Assembly: GCA_965662845.1 (NCBI GenBank)
Contig: CBFIJD010000005.1
Coordinates: forward strand, 32,001-96,000
Direction: 5' to 3'
DNA: 64,000 nucleotides
Source: an uncultured bacterium
GTDB lineage: Bacteria; SAR324; NAC60-12
Shown here: one piece after another, positions 10,066 through 19,094 of the stretch
Layout of the letters: each line of letters begins with the position of its first letter
Numbering within the stretch: the first letter of the stretch is position 1
Made by a program: the position numbers and the translations under genes
The notes under the pieces: model-generated
The model's database searches: none
The model's input: the letters and a program-made list of their open reading frames with translations, nothing else
What the model was told of the DNA's origin: nothing

Positions 10066-11214
10066 TCAGTACGCCGGCACGAAGTTGATGCCGTTGGGAG
10101 TCGGACGTACTTGGAACATCGCGAAGCCTGCGCCGACGACGTCGCCGTTCTCATCAAAACCAATTTGCCCCAGAGAGCTTTCAATCTGCACTTGCTTCAT
10201 CGCCGCCGCCACCTGATTGAAGTCGGTGCCGCCAGCTTGCTTGATCGCTTCGGCCAGCGCTTGCACCGCTGCGTAAGCTTGCAGACTGAAGGTGCCGGGA
10301 TCGTTCCCGTAAAGCTCACGATAGTCTGCCGTCACAGACTGCGCCTTGGGCACCTTCGAGACGTCAACGGGAGCAGAGACATAAAACTCTAGCGCGTACT
10401 TGTCAGCGATCTTCAAGAAAGAAGGATCCTTCACGCCGTCACCAGAGATGAAGTACGCATTGTTGCGCCCTTTGCGCGCTTCAGTGACGATTTTGGAAGC
10501 CTCTGGGTGATAACCACCGAAGAAGACCGCCGTCCCGTCGGCGCTGTTGATGTCTTCGCGTCGCAGCTTGCTCACCAACGCGGAGTAGCTCACGGCGCCG
10601 GGAGTGACTCCTTCAAACAGCGCGACTTGGACATCGTTGGCTTCTAACCCAGCTTTGACCAACTCGGCGAGTCCTTTGCCATAAGTGCCCTTGTCATGGA
10701 TCACGGCGGCGCGCTTGATCTCCAGAGCTTTCACAGCGAAGTCCACTTGCAGTGTCGCTTGAGCAGCGTCGTGGGCAATCGTGCGGAAGAAGTTTGGATA
10801 TTTGCTGTCTAAGGTCAAAGTCGGGTTGGTCGAAGCCGCAGAGATCACAGGGATCTGAGCGTTCAGGTAGGTCGGGAGCGCCGCCTCGGTCGCGCCGCTG
10901 CAGAGGTGCCCGATCACGCCGACAACACCCTCAGAGACCATCTTCTGAGCGACGTTGGCTGCGGTGTTAGGCTCACAGACGTCATCCTCAGCGACTGCTT
11001 CGAGCTGCATCCCCATCACGCCACCGGCGGCGTTGATGTCTCGGATCGCAAGCTCTGCTCCGTTGCGAGCGGGGATTCCGTAAGACGCGAGGTCTCCGCT
11101 GAACGGAGCTGCGATGCCAATCTTAATGGTATCCGCCCAGCTTGTGCTTGCCGCTGCTAACAAAAGTCCCACGGACAACAACACACCAGCCAGACGACGA
11201 ATTGTGAATTTCAT
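10066..11214 (-). CDS. livK: Branched-chain amino acid ABC substrate-binding protein (LivJ/LivK family)
   Basis: Signal peptide; IKIG..PFSG, DDVCEP, GHLCSG, FFRTI..D.AQ, HDK.TYGKGLA and FFGGYHPE motifs. Confidence 0.93.
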   Translation of the reverse strand: MKFTIRRLAGVLLSVGLLLAAASTSWADTIKIGIAAPFSGDLASYGIPARNGAELAIRDINAAGGVMGMQLEAVAEDDVCEPNTAANVAQKMVSEGVVGVIGHLCSGATEAALPTYLNAQIPVISAASTNPTLTLDSKYPNFFRTIAHDAAQATLQVDFAVKALEIKRAAVIHDKGTYGKGLAELVKAGLEANDVQVALFEGVTPGAVSYSALVSKLRREDINSADGTAVFFGGYHPEASKIVTEARKGRNNAYFISGDGVKDPSFLKIADKYALEFYVSAPVDVSKVPKAQSVTADYRELYGNDPGTFSLQAYAAVQALAEAIKQAGGTDFNQVAAAMKQVQIESSLGQIGFDENGDVVGAGFAMFQVRPTPNGINFVPAY

Positions 11215-11374
11215 TCTTCCTCCTGAGCATTATGAGAGGGCGTAGGGGCTACACCGCATGAGATTGCATCGTTGAGCACTTTTTGTGTGCCCCGCTGCGA
11301 AAAGAAAAAGCCTCCCTAATTGATCCCTAAAATACAAGGCAAAGTTAGGCTTTAGTTAGCCTTGTGACCGTGAA

Positions 11375-12352
11375 TCAGTCATATCGTTGCATTTGGTAAT
11401 AATCACTGCGCGCGGCCGTTTGGATGCTGATCTCGCGCAGTTCATGACCTTGCAACACGGTCAGCGGGATGATGACGCCAGCGTCGCCCTGTCGCCACAT
11501 AGTGCGGAAGAGGGATTCTAAGTCCACGACGGGTTCATCATTAACGCGCAAAATGAGGTCTCCAGCATTCAGCCCCGCCGCTTCAGCTGGGCTCGGAGAG
11601 CTGACACGCTCAATCAGAACGCGGCCAAATTGTTCCATGACCGTGACGCCGATCCATGGCTTGGCGGGGCGCTGCATTTGCCCCTGCTTTAGCTCGGCTA
11701 AGATCGGCAGCAAGGCTTGTGCGGGAACAAACATATTGGCCGGCACATTCAAATCGCGCACGCGCTGGCGCACAAACAAGGAACCAATTCCCAGCAGCTC
11801 GTCTTGCTCGTTGAACAACCCCGCTCCAGCAAACCCTGAGACGGGCGGCGTAGTGAAGATCGCGTCTTCCAGCAAATACTCCCAGTAGCCCGCGAAGGTG
11901 CCCCGCGAGAGCACGACGACTTCTTGCTGAATCGAGTCCTCCTCACGGGTCACAACTTGGAGGCGGTCGCGCCGCTGGACCTCTTCGGAATCCCCGAACG
12001 CCACCGGCTCTGCGACGAGCGGAGTGAGCGCCTGCAACAGGCCAAACCCCGTCTCGCTGTCATAGCCCACAAAGGTTGCGGGGACGGCGTTGCCGTTTAC
12101 GTCAATGATGGAAGCAGACTGGGCCTCTAAAATCAGGTAGCCGATCGTGAGGACGTGACCTTCGTTGTCAATCACGACCCCGGCCCCTTCACGGCTAGCC
12201 CCCAGCGAATCGGCGGTGCGCGCGTTGGGAGCAATCTGAGATTCGATGCGCACAATGGCGTTAAGTGGCGTCGCTGAGAGGGGGGCAGAACCGAAAAACC
12301 AGACAGCCAGCAGAATGAACCCGAAGCGAACTACACATTTAGAAGAAAGCAT
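11375..12352 (-). CDS. Secreted trypsin-like (S1C) fold plus PDZ protein with degenerate active site
   Basis: GAGVVID..GHVLTIGYL, VGYD..TGFGLL and a C-terminal PDZ (PWIGV, SPAEAAGL..GDLI); RBS AGGAG before ATG 12352. Confidence 0.85.
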   Translation of the reverse strand: MLSSKCVVRFGFILLAVWFFGSAPLSATPLNAIVRIESQIAPNARTADSLGASREGAGVVIDNEGHVLTIGYLILEAQSASIIDVNGNAVPATFVGYDSETGFGLLQALTPLVAEPVAFGDSEEVQRRDRLQVVTREEDSIQQEVVVLSRGTFAGYWEYLLEDAIFTTPPVSGFAGAGLFNEQDELLGIGSLFVRQRVRDLNVPANMFVPAQALLPILAELKQGQMQRPAKPWIGVTVMEQFGRVLIERVSSPSPAEAAGLNAGDLILRVNDEPVVDLESLFRTMWRQGDAGVIIPLTVLQGHELREISIQTAARSDYYQMQRYD

Positions 12353-12512
12353 GAGGTCTCCTAAGAGAAGAAGGATGCGCGTTGAAATTGCTGGAGGGCA
12401 ACAGTGGGAGCGAGCACAACATTCTGTGTGAAAAACGCGTGGAGAACAAGCATCACGAGGCGACAAGGCAGAGGCGCCGTACAACAAGTGTTTGACAGAG
12501 CACGAGGTTCGC

Positions 12513-12696
12513 GAGAGGCTTCTGCCCTCATCTATCTGTGATGGGACACTGACCGCGTGAGGTCTTTCAGCAGAACACCTGTCGTCAGGGACGCGACTTC
12601 AGAAGGTCGTGCTGGAATCGTGCGGCTCGTCCCGCAAATCTGTTCGTCTCAAAACCAACCTTTCTGCGGAGTCCCTTCTGGGAAGGCAGACTCTCC
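12513..12696 (+). ncRNA. ssrS: Candidate 6S RNA-like rod-shaped RNA
   Basis: ~184 nt intergenic segment with nested long-range pairings (gagag/ctctc, tctgcc/ggcaga, gggac/gtccc, ccgcg/tgcgg, gaggt/acctt, gaaca/tgttc, gggacg/cgtccc) around a central bubble; TTGACA at 12492-12497. Strand and identity inferred. Confidence 0.45.
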
Positions 12697-12895
12697 TACT
12701 CGATGCGTGGGCTTGTTCAAAATAAAGCGCGAGGGGGCGCTTCTGGGGACGAGGCCGCACCACGAGGATGGTGACAAAAACGTGAAAATTCCACCCAATC
12801 GTTTACAGTGCGAGATCCAGCAAACGCGGGTTCTCACAACAAGTGGGGCGGGACACGAACCCAATCTGCTGACCAAACTGTAAGGAATTCAGAAA

Positions 12896-13645
12896 ATGAG
12901 GAAAACAACACTGATCGCTCTCCTGTTGCTAGGGCTGCCCTTGCTGACGGTAGCCCAAAGCCTCCCACCGCTGGCGGTTGCGGTCATTGAAGTCGGCAAA
13001 CCCAGTGGTTACCGTGAAAATGGCCAGCCTATGGGAATGTATTATGACCTCTCTCAGCTAATTTTTGATGAGCTGGGAGAACCGTACCAACTGGACATGG
13101 TCCCCTACCGGCGCATGATTTTGGGGCTCGACAACGGCGAGTTCAGCTGCGCGATGTTCTTTACGTCTCCTCAACGCAAGCAGCTCTATACGCAAGTGGG
13201 AAAAATCATGACCAAAGAGACGATCCTTGTCCCACGCAAAGGTCTGGCCGTCCCTAACGTAGAGGCGCTTGAGGGAAAGACCGTGGGCTACATTCGCGGC
13301 AGCAATGTCGGAGCCTTGTTCGGTTCGTTAGAGAGCAACGAAAACGTCCGCAAATTTAGTATGGATAGCTATGAGATGGGTACGCGCATGCTCCAAGCAG
13401 GTCGCCTAGACGGTGTCGTCGGGGGGCGTGAGACCATCGAAAAATATTACGATCACGGCGGCAATTTTCTGCGACTCTCGGCGAAAGAAACGTGGTTGCA
13501 GTGCTCCAAGCAATCAGCCGCGTTGACGGCAGAGCGGCTCCACAAACTGAAGCAAACGCTAGCGCGCTTGCACGACCCCGTGCCCGAACAAGATCCGAAG
13601 GTGCAAGTCATCCAGCAGTACATGCCGAACTATCAGCGCTATTGA
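12896..13645 (+). CDS. Periplasmic solute-binding protein, family 3
   Basis: Signal peptide; GMYYDL..LIF, PYRR, LEGKTVGYIRGS and MLQAGRLDGVVG motifs. Confidence 0.85.
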   Translation: MRKTTLIALLLLGLPLLTVAQSLPPLAVAVIEVGKPSGYRENGQPMGMYYDLSQLIFDELGEPYQLDMVPYRRMILGLDNGEFSCAMFFTSPQRKQLYTQVGKIMTKETILVPRKGLAVPNVEALEGKTVGYIRGSNVGALFGSLESNENVRKFSMDSYEMGTRMLQAGRLDGVVGGRETIEKYYDHGGNFLRLSAKETWLQCSKQSAALTAERLHKLKQTLARLHDPVPEQDPKVQVIQQYMPNYQRY

Positions 13646-13668
13646 AGATTGCTGCGATCAGGCGCCAA

Positions 13669-15251
13669 ATGTCACGCACTACCCAGACCTCTCACCCCTC
13701 TTCCAAGACGCTAAACTCTGTCGGTGGATTGCTGCTGCGCACCATTCTGCTGGCCTACGCTCTCTTTGCGCTCCTGCTGACCTCGCTTCAACTCTATGAC
13801 GGGTATGAGACGTTGCGGGAGAGCGCTGCAGCGGAGCTGCGTCGTGTGGAAGTCACGTTCTATCCGGGCCTGCAAAACGCGATCTGGCAGCTGGATCCGG
13901 AGCAGATTGTGGCGAGCGTTGAGGGAATGTTGCGGTTTCCCTCGGTGGTGGGAGTGGCCGTGCAGGCCCCAGGCGGAGAAGCCTTGATTCGTCGAGGCGT
14001 CATCAACGCTGCGCTTGCGCAGAGCCCACTGAGCAGCATTTTGGGGAACGTCGCGCAGACGACAGCTCAGTTTCAGCAGGAGATGACCGTTCATCAGTTC
14101 ACGCTCACAGACTTGTATGACCCAGAGCGCGCGATCGCTGAAGTCTATTTGTTCACGTCTCACGATGTCGTGATGGAGGCGTTTCAGCGTGATCTCGCCG
14201 GAACCTTGCTGGTGGCGATCGTGCAAACCTTAATTTTGAGCGCGCTGTTTGCTTTTTTCATCCGTCGTTTGTTGGTGAAACCACTCCACCAGCTGCATCA
14301 ACGAGCAGAGTTCCTCAGTCGCTGCTCGTCTCAGGAACTCTCTAGCGTGGGCCCCTAGCGCAACAGGTGGCCTGTGACTCTCGGGAGCTCTGCGCGCTGC
14401 GCGATTCGCTAGATGAACTGCGTCAAGCACGCCTTGCTGACGAGCGCCAAAAAAGCGAGCTGCAGTCCACCAACACCGAGCTGCGCCAGACCCAGCAGCA
14501 GCTGGTGCAGTCCACCAAAATGGCCGCGATGGGCGAAATGCTCGCGATGATTGCCCACCAGTGGCGCCAGCCGTTGGGGACCATCGCGGCGATTGTCGGT
14601 AACCTGTCCATCAAGACGAAGCTCAAAACAACTGACGCCGATCACACCTTGGCAGAGCTGCAAAAGATCACAACCCAGACCACCTTCTTGTCGACCACCA
14701 TCAGCGACTTTCGCGACTTTTTTCAGCCGGATAAAGAACGCTCGGTCGTGCAATTGACAGACTTGTGGCGGCAAACGTCTCGGCTCACAGAGAACTCGCT
14801 GCGCTCGCACGGCGTCACCGTAATCGAAGAGTTAGAGGACGTACCGCCTCTCGCACTCTATGCCAATGAACTGCAACAAGTGCTGCTGAATTTGATCAAG
14901 AATGCGCAGGACGCGTTGGATGAGCGCGCCATTGCCAACAAACAGGTCCTGATTCGCGTGAGCGCGACTTCCGCCGCCCAGCGCATCTCTGTGCAAGACA
15001 ACGCCGGTGGTATCCCCGAAGACATCCTGAGCCGCATCTTTGAACCGTATTTCTCGACCAAAGGGAAACTTAACGGGACCGGACTCGGGCTTTACATGAG
15101 CAAGATGATTGTGGAAGAACATTTGGAGGGGACCTTGTCGGTACAAAATCTGCGCGAGGGAGCCTGCTTTACCATTGAACTCCCCTGCGCTGAAGTGGAG
15201 GCCGCCCCCCGAACGGAGACCTCGGAACGCAGAGCTGTGAAACCAACCTAA
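13669..15251 (+). pseudogene. Membrane sensor histidine kinase (TM-periplasmic-TM-HAMP-HisKA-HATPase) split by a one-base frameshift
   Basis: The first frame stops at TAG 14356-58 after GGGCCCC. Adding one base restores a continuous HAMP domain into the kinase half (IAHQWRQP, NLIKNA, DNAGG, GTGLGL). Real lesion or sequencing error. Confidence 0.8.
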
Positions 15252-15271
15252 ACGACAAAAGAGAGAGCAAC

Positions 15272-15640
15272 ATGACGGCACGCAACGTACTGGGCGATAA
15301 ACTGCAAACCTGTAGCCTAGAACCGCTCACAGGCTTCTACCGCAACGGCTGCTGCGAAACCGGAGAAGACGACCGCGGGCGACACGTCGTCTGCGCCAAA
15401 ATGACAGACGAATTTCTGGAGTTCACCCGCTCGCGCGGCAATGACTTGAGCTCGCCCAACCCAATGTTTGGCTTCCCCGGGCTCCAAGCCGGCGATGGCT
15501 GGTGCTTGTGTGCGTTGCGCTGGAAAGAAGCGCTGGAGGCCGGCGTGGCGCCACCCGTCAATTTGAGAGCTACCCACGAAGCCGTGCTGAAATACGTCAC
15601 CTTAGACGATTTGGAACAACACGCCGTACCCGATGCCTAA
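15272..15640 (+). CDS. DUF2237 family protein
   Basis: NVLG..L..CS..PLTGFYRNGCC, H.VCA, GNDLS.P and WCLCA.RW.EA motifs. Confidence 0.9.
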   Translation: MTARNVLGDKLQTCSLEPLTGFYRNGCCETGEDDRGRHVVCAKMTDEFLEFTRSRGNDLSSPNPMFGFPGLQAGDGWCLCALRWKEALEAGVAPPVNLRATHEAVLKYVTLDDLEQHAVPDA

Positions 15641-15956
15641 CCAAGCAATCCCGTTCCGCGAGCGTGTGTTCGAGATTGTTCGACAGATCCCCGCAGGACA
15701 GGTCACGACCTACGGGCGCATCGCGCGGTTGTTAGGAGCGGGGACAGCGCGGATGGTCGGCATGGCGCTCGCGTCGCTGCCGCCTAACACACAGGTCCCT
15801 TGGCACCGCGTCATCAACGCACAAGGGCGCATCAGCCCACGAGGGATCGGCAATGACAGCGCTGAACAGCGCCGACTATTGGAGCAAGAGCAGGTGCGCT
15901 TTGACGCTAACGGGCGCACCGATTTGACAACCTATTTGTGGAGAGAAAGCGCATGA
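15633..15956 (+). CDS. atl: Alkyltransferase-like (ATL/YbaZ) O6-alkylguanine DNA-binding protein
   Basis: IP.GQVTTYG.IA, ARMVG and PWHRV (Trp in place of the MGMT Cys). Confidence 0.9.
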   Translation: MPNQAIPFRERVFEIVRQIPAGQVTTYGRIARLLGAGTARMVGMALASLPPNTQVPWHRVINAQGRISPRGIGNDSAEQRRLLEQEQVRFDANGRTDLTTYLWRESA

Positions 15957-16585
15957 TGCCGCTGGGTTTGCTGGGGTGGAGCGAGTTGACCCCTGTTTTG
16001 GGCGAAGGCTGGCTGCAGGCTGGTCACGCCTTACACTGTAGCGCTCACGAAGAAGACGCCGCAGCGCTCCAAGCGTGGCGCAGCGAACGCTCAGAGATTT
16101 GCGTGGGCACCCACGCTGAGGTTGTCGCTCAAGCCGATGTCCTCGCCCTGTGCGCGCCGTGGAAGCAAGTCCAGAAGCTGCTGCGGAGCGTCGAGACGTG
16201 GCAAGGCAAACTGCTGATTGATGCCACCAATCCCCTGATAGAGAATTTGCGTTTAGAGGTGGGACACTCTCTCTCAGGATCAGAAGTTGTGGCAGAATTT
16301 GCCCGCGGGGCGACCGTGATCAAAGCGTTCAACGCGCTGGGAACAGAGGCGCTGCAGCGTCCAGACTTTGGCGACTTCCTAGCGGAGACTTACGTCTGTG
16401 GCGACCATGAGCAGGGCAAAGCCGTCGCCATGGACTTAGCGCGCGAGCTGGGACTCGCTGCGATTGACTGCGGAGGGCTCCAACGCGCCCGGTTGCTCGA
16501 ACCGCTAGCGCTGCTGCGTCACGAGCTGGCACACACCGACGGCTATGGCGCCGACTTAGTCTTTCGCCTGATGAAGCGAGCGTGA
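15953..16585 (+). CDS. NADPH-dependent F420 reductase-like oxidoreductase
   Basis: ADV..L..P, KLLIDATNP, SGSE, VIKAFN, CGD and ID.GGL..AR.LEP motifs; ATGA overlap with atl. Confidence 0.8.
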   Translation: MMPLGLLGWSELTPVLGEGWLQAGHALHCSAHEEDAAALQAWRSERSEICVGTHAEVVAQADVLALCAPWKQVQKLLRSVETWQGKLLIDATNPLIENLRLEVGHSLSGSEVVAEFARGATVIKAFNALGTEALQRPDFGDFLAETYVCGDHEQGKAVAMDLARELGLAAIDCGGLQRARLLEPLALLRHELAHTDGYGADLVFRLMKRA

Positions 16586-16707
16586 AGCGTGTCGGCGTTG
16601 AATGTGGATGTGCTGCGCAGAGCCACCGCCGCTTCAGAGAGAGTCGTGTTGCAGCGGCAGATCAAGGTTGAGCCGGCCGCGCTCATCGCCGCTGAGGAGA
16701 GCTGCGC

Positions 16708-17670
16708 GTGAGTCAAAATCAAGGAAGGAGCGTGCGGCTGTTTCTGGTGGATGGAAACCCGGCAGGGCTGCTCACCGCCGAGATTATGAACTGGACGGGG
16801 CACGTGCTCGCGGGGCCTCGCTCGGAGCTGCCGAAGCTGCTGGCGCGGCCAGAGATGGAGCGCACCGGCGTCTATCTGCTCTATGGCGCCGACATCGAAG
16901 ACCCCGACCGCTCAATGCTCTACATTGGTGAGAGCGACCAAGTGAAGCAGCGCCTCAAGCAGCACAACCAGTCTGAGAGCAAGCCGTATTGGGAACGCAC
17001 GATCGTGATCACCAGCAAAGACCAGAACATCACGAAGGCCCACGCGCGCTATCTGGAAGCCCGCTTGATCACGCTTGCGCTGCGCGCCGGTCGCGCTCGC
17101 TTGGAGAACGCGATTACTCCAGACACGATCTCGTTGCCCGAAGCCGACCAGTCCGACATGGAGTTCTTCATTGAGCAGATTCAGCTGATCCTGCCTGTGT
17201 TGGGGCTCACGGTGATGCGCCCGTCTCCCACGGCTTCGCCAGAGCTGTACGCAAGCAAGACCAAAGCTGAAGCGCGGATGTCACCAATCTTTGAGCTGCA
17301 TCGCCAAAAAGATGAAATCTACGCGCAAGCCCGTGAGGTCGCAGGCGAATTTGTGGTGCTGAAGCACTCCCGAGCGGTCGCGAACTGGAAGCAAAACACG
17401 GGCGGCGCTCGCAGCTACGCCAAGCTGCACCGGCGCTTACGCGCAGAAAATCAACTCCAAGCCTCCCCAGGAGACGACCTCGCCGTGTTTGTAGAAGACG
17501 TGGTGTTCTCCAGCCCGAGCGCCGCCGCCGCCGTGATTTTGGGGAGAAGCGCCAATGGACTGACCGCGTGGAAGACCCACGGCGGGCAGCTGACGTACGG
17601 CGAATGGCAAGCGCAGCGCACCTTGGATACCGAGATGGTGGAAGAGGTCGATCTGTCGGGGGACGAGTGA
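16708..17670 (+). CDS. GIY-YIG nuclease family protein with C-terminal DUF4357
   Basis: GVYLL, YIGES, RLKQH and YLEARL, then FVVLK.S.A and FSSPSAAAAVILGRSANG..AWK. Confidence 0.9.
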   Translation: MSQNQGRSVRLFLVDGNPAGLLTAEIMNWTGHVLAGPRSELPKLLARPEMERTGVYLLYGADIEDPDRSMLYIGESDQVKQRLKQHNQSESKPYWERTIVITSKDQNITKAHARYLEARLITLALRAGRARLENAITPDTISLPEADQSDMEFFIEQIQLILPVLGLTVMRPSPTASPELYASKTKAEARMSPIFELHRQKDEIYAQAREVAGEFVVLKHSRAVANWKQNTGGARSYAKLHRRLRAENQLQASPGDDLAVFVEDVVFSSPSAAAAVILGRSANGLTAWKTHGGQLTYGEWQAQRTLDTEMVEEVDLSGDE

Positions 17671-18005
17671 TGTGGATGGTGGCGCTGCTGTTGATCATGG
17701 GCGGGCTGATCTACGCCTATCGCTATGAGCTAGGCAACTTGCAGCGCGCCCCTCGCTGGCGCTGGAGACAGACGCTGCGGGTGGTTCCTGCCCAACTCGC
17801 TCGCGGTCTGAGGTGGGGAGCGCTGGTAGTCGTGCGGTCGCTGTTGTGGGTTGGTGGCAGTTTGAGCTTCTACTTTGGGACGGCGTTTTTGGCGATCAAC
17901 ATGATTTCCTTGACCATTCAGGCCTACCTGTTGTGTTTTGCCTGCATCTATCTGGGGACGCTACCGCAGTGGGGCGGTTGGCTGCGTTCCCGTGATTCTG
18001 AATAA
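17670..18005 (+). CDS. Small multi-pass membrane hypothetical protein
   Basis: ATG overlaps the upstream TGA; three hydrophobic segments. Confidence 0.55.
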   Translation: MWMVALLLIMGGLIYAYRYELGNLQRAPRWRWRQTLRVVPAQLARGLRWGALVVVRSLLWVGGSLSFYFGTAFLAINMISLTIQAYLLCFACIYLGTLPQWGGWLRSRDSE

Positions 18006-18023
18006 CCTTGAGTGAGAAGACCT

Positions 18024-18353
18024 ATGGAACAAGCCCTCGAAGAAGAACTGCTCGGCAAAATGACGGAAGCTCGCCGCTTGCTGGAGCAGGTGCAAATTGT
18101 CGTGAAGAGTTACTTAGAAGATTGGTATGAGCAGGAAGGCAAGCAGGCGGAGATCGAAGACTGGGATTTTGAAGATCGCCTGCTGGAAGTCGAAGATGAT
18201 TTGGCGCAGGCGCTAGCGCAGAACACGATTAGCCCGGAGTGGTTCCACAAGTTTTTGGAAGAGCACGCTTCTACCAAGCGCTATCTCTCTTCGATGGACT
18301 GGGAGGGCAACGCAGGAGACGCGGAGGCTGACACGGCCCCCTCGCACAGCTGA
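18024..18353 (+). CDS. Acidic helical hypothetical protein
   Basis: Protein-like, strongly E/D-rich ORF; no family recognised. Confidence 0.6.
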   Translation: MEQALEEELLGKMTEARRLLEQVQIVVKSYLEDWYEQEGKQAEIEDWDFEDRLLEVEDDLAQALAQNTISPEWFHKFLEEHASTKRYLSSMDWEGNAGDAEADTAPSHS

Positions 18354-18354
18354 G

Positions 18355-18660
18355 TCACATCTCGCGCAAACTGCACATGAGCGGGAAGCCTTCTTCTTGC
18401 GCCATCTCGTGGGCTCGATCCACTTTGGTCTCGGCTTCCTGCATGCTGTATGTCCCGATCACCGCCATCCCCTGCTTGTGGGCCTGCCACATGATCTGCG
18501 TGGCGGCCTCTCGCCCCTTGTGAAAAACCTGCTCCAGCACAAACACCACAAACTCACGCGGCGTGAAGTCGTCGTTGTGCAGCAGCACTTGATATTGTTT
18601 GGGATGCTTGAGTTCTTCTTTCTTTTTGGTGGTCGGCTTAATGACCGTGTGCTGACTCAT
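18355..18660 (-). CDS. clpS: ClpS adaptor, stand-alone ClpS2-like paralogue
   Basis: YQVLLHNDDFTPREFVV.VL..VF, AH..G.A, AETKV and GFPL motifs. Confidence 0.92.
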   Translation of the reverse strand: MSQHTVIKPTTKKKEELKHPKQYQVLLHNDDFTPREFVVFVLEQVFHKGREAATQIMWQAHKQGMAVIGTYSMQEAETKVDRAHEMAQEEGFPLMCSLREM

Positions 18661-19094
18661 ACGCTCTCGTTAGCAAGATGGAGTGAAGGCATGGACACCA
18701 GATTCGTCCCTAGTGTAGCAACCTCTCTGCCGCTGTAAATGCTCGGCTTGTTTCGCAGCGCGGCGACGAGAGCGCAATCGCTTGGGCGTGAAAGCTCAAC
18801 ACACCATGAGCCACAAACACGATCAGGACTCCAAACTCGTCTATTTCTACGGATCACGGGAAGGTGTGCCCGCAGCGCGGTCGACCGATCTCAAGCTGCG
18901 GGTGTCAGCGACAGAGCCAGGTCGTGGGTAGCGGACAGATCGCAGTGGGGCGCTCCACAAAAGGCAGGAGAAGCGCGGGCGCGACCACCCTCTCTCGGAG
19001 AGTGGCCGAAGAACCGCCGTCGTGTGGCCCCCTGAGCTGACGCAAGGACGCGCCATCAGGGGCTTGTGCGCGAGGCGCTCAGGCGGGTGGCAAT

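Noticed and set aside
12670..12695. CTGGGAAGG, resembling a cobalamin riboswitch element
   Set aside because: The other B12 elements are missing and the segment pairs within the rod structure.
16583..16620. TGA followed by an open frame, possible selenocysteine readthrough
   Set aside because: The protein is complete at the stop, the position is not catalytic, and no convincing SECIS is present.
18930..19015. GGAGA...CCGAAG, resembling a glycine riboswitch
   Set aside because: It lacks the CUCUCAGG element and has no downstream gene on that strand.
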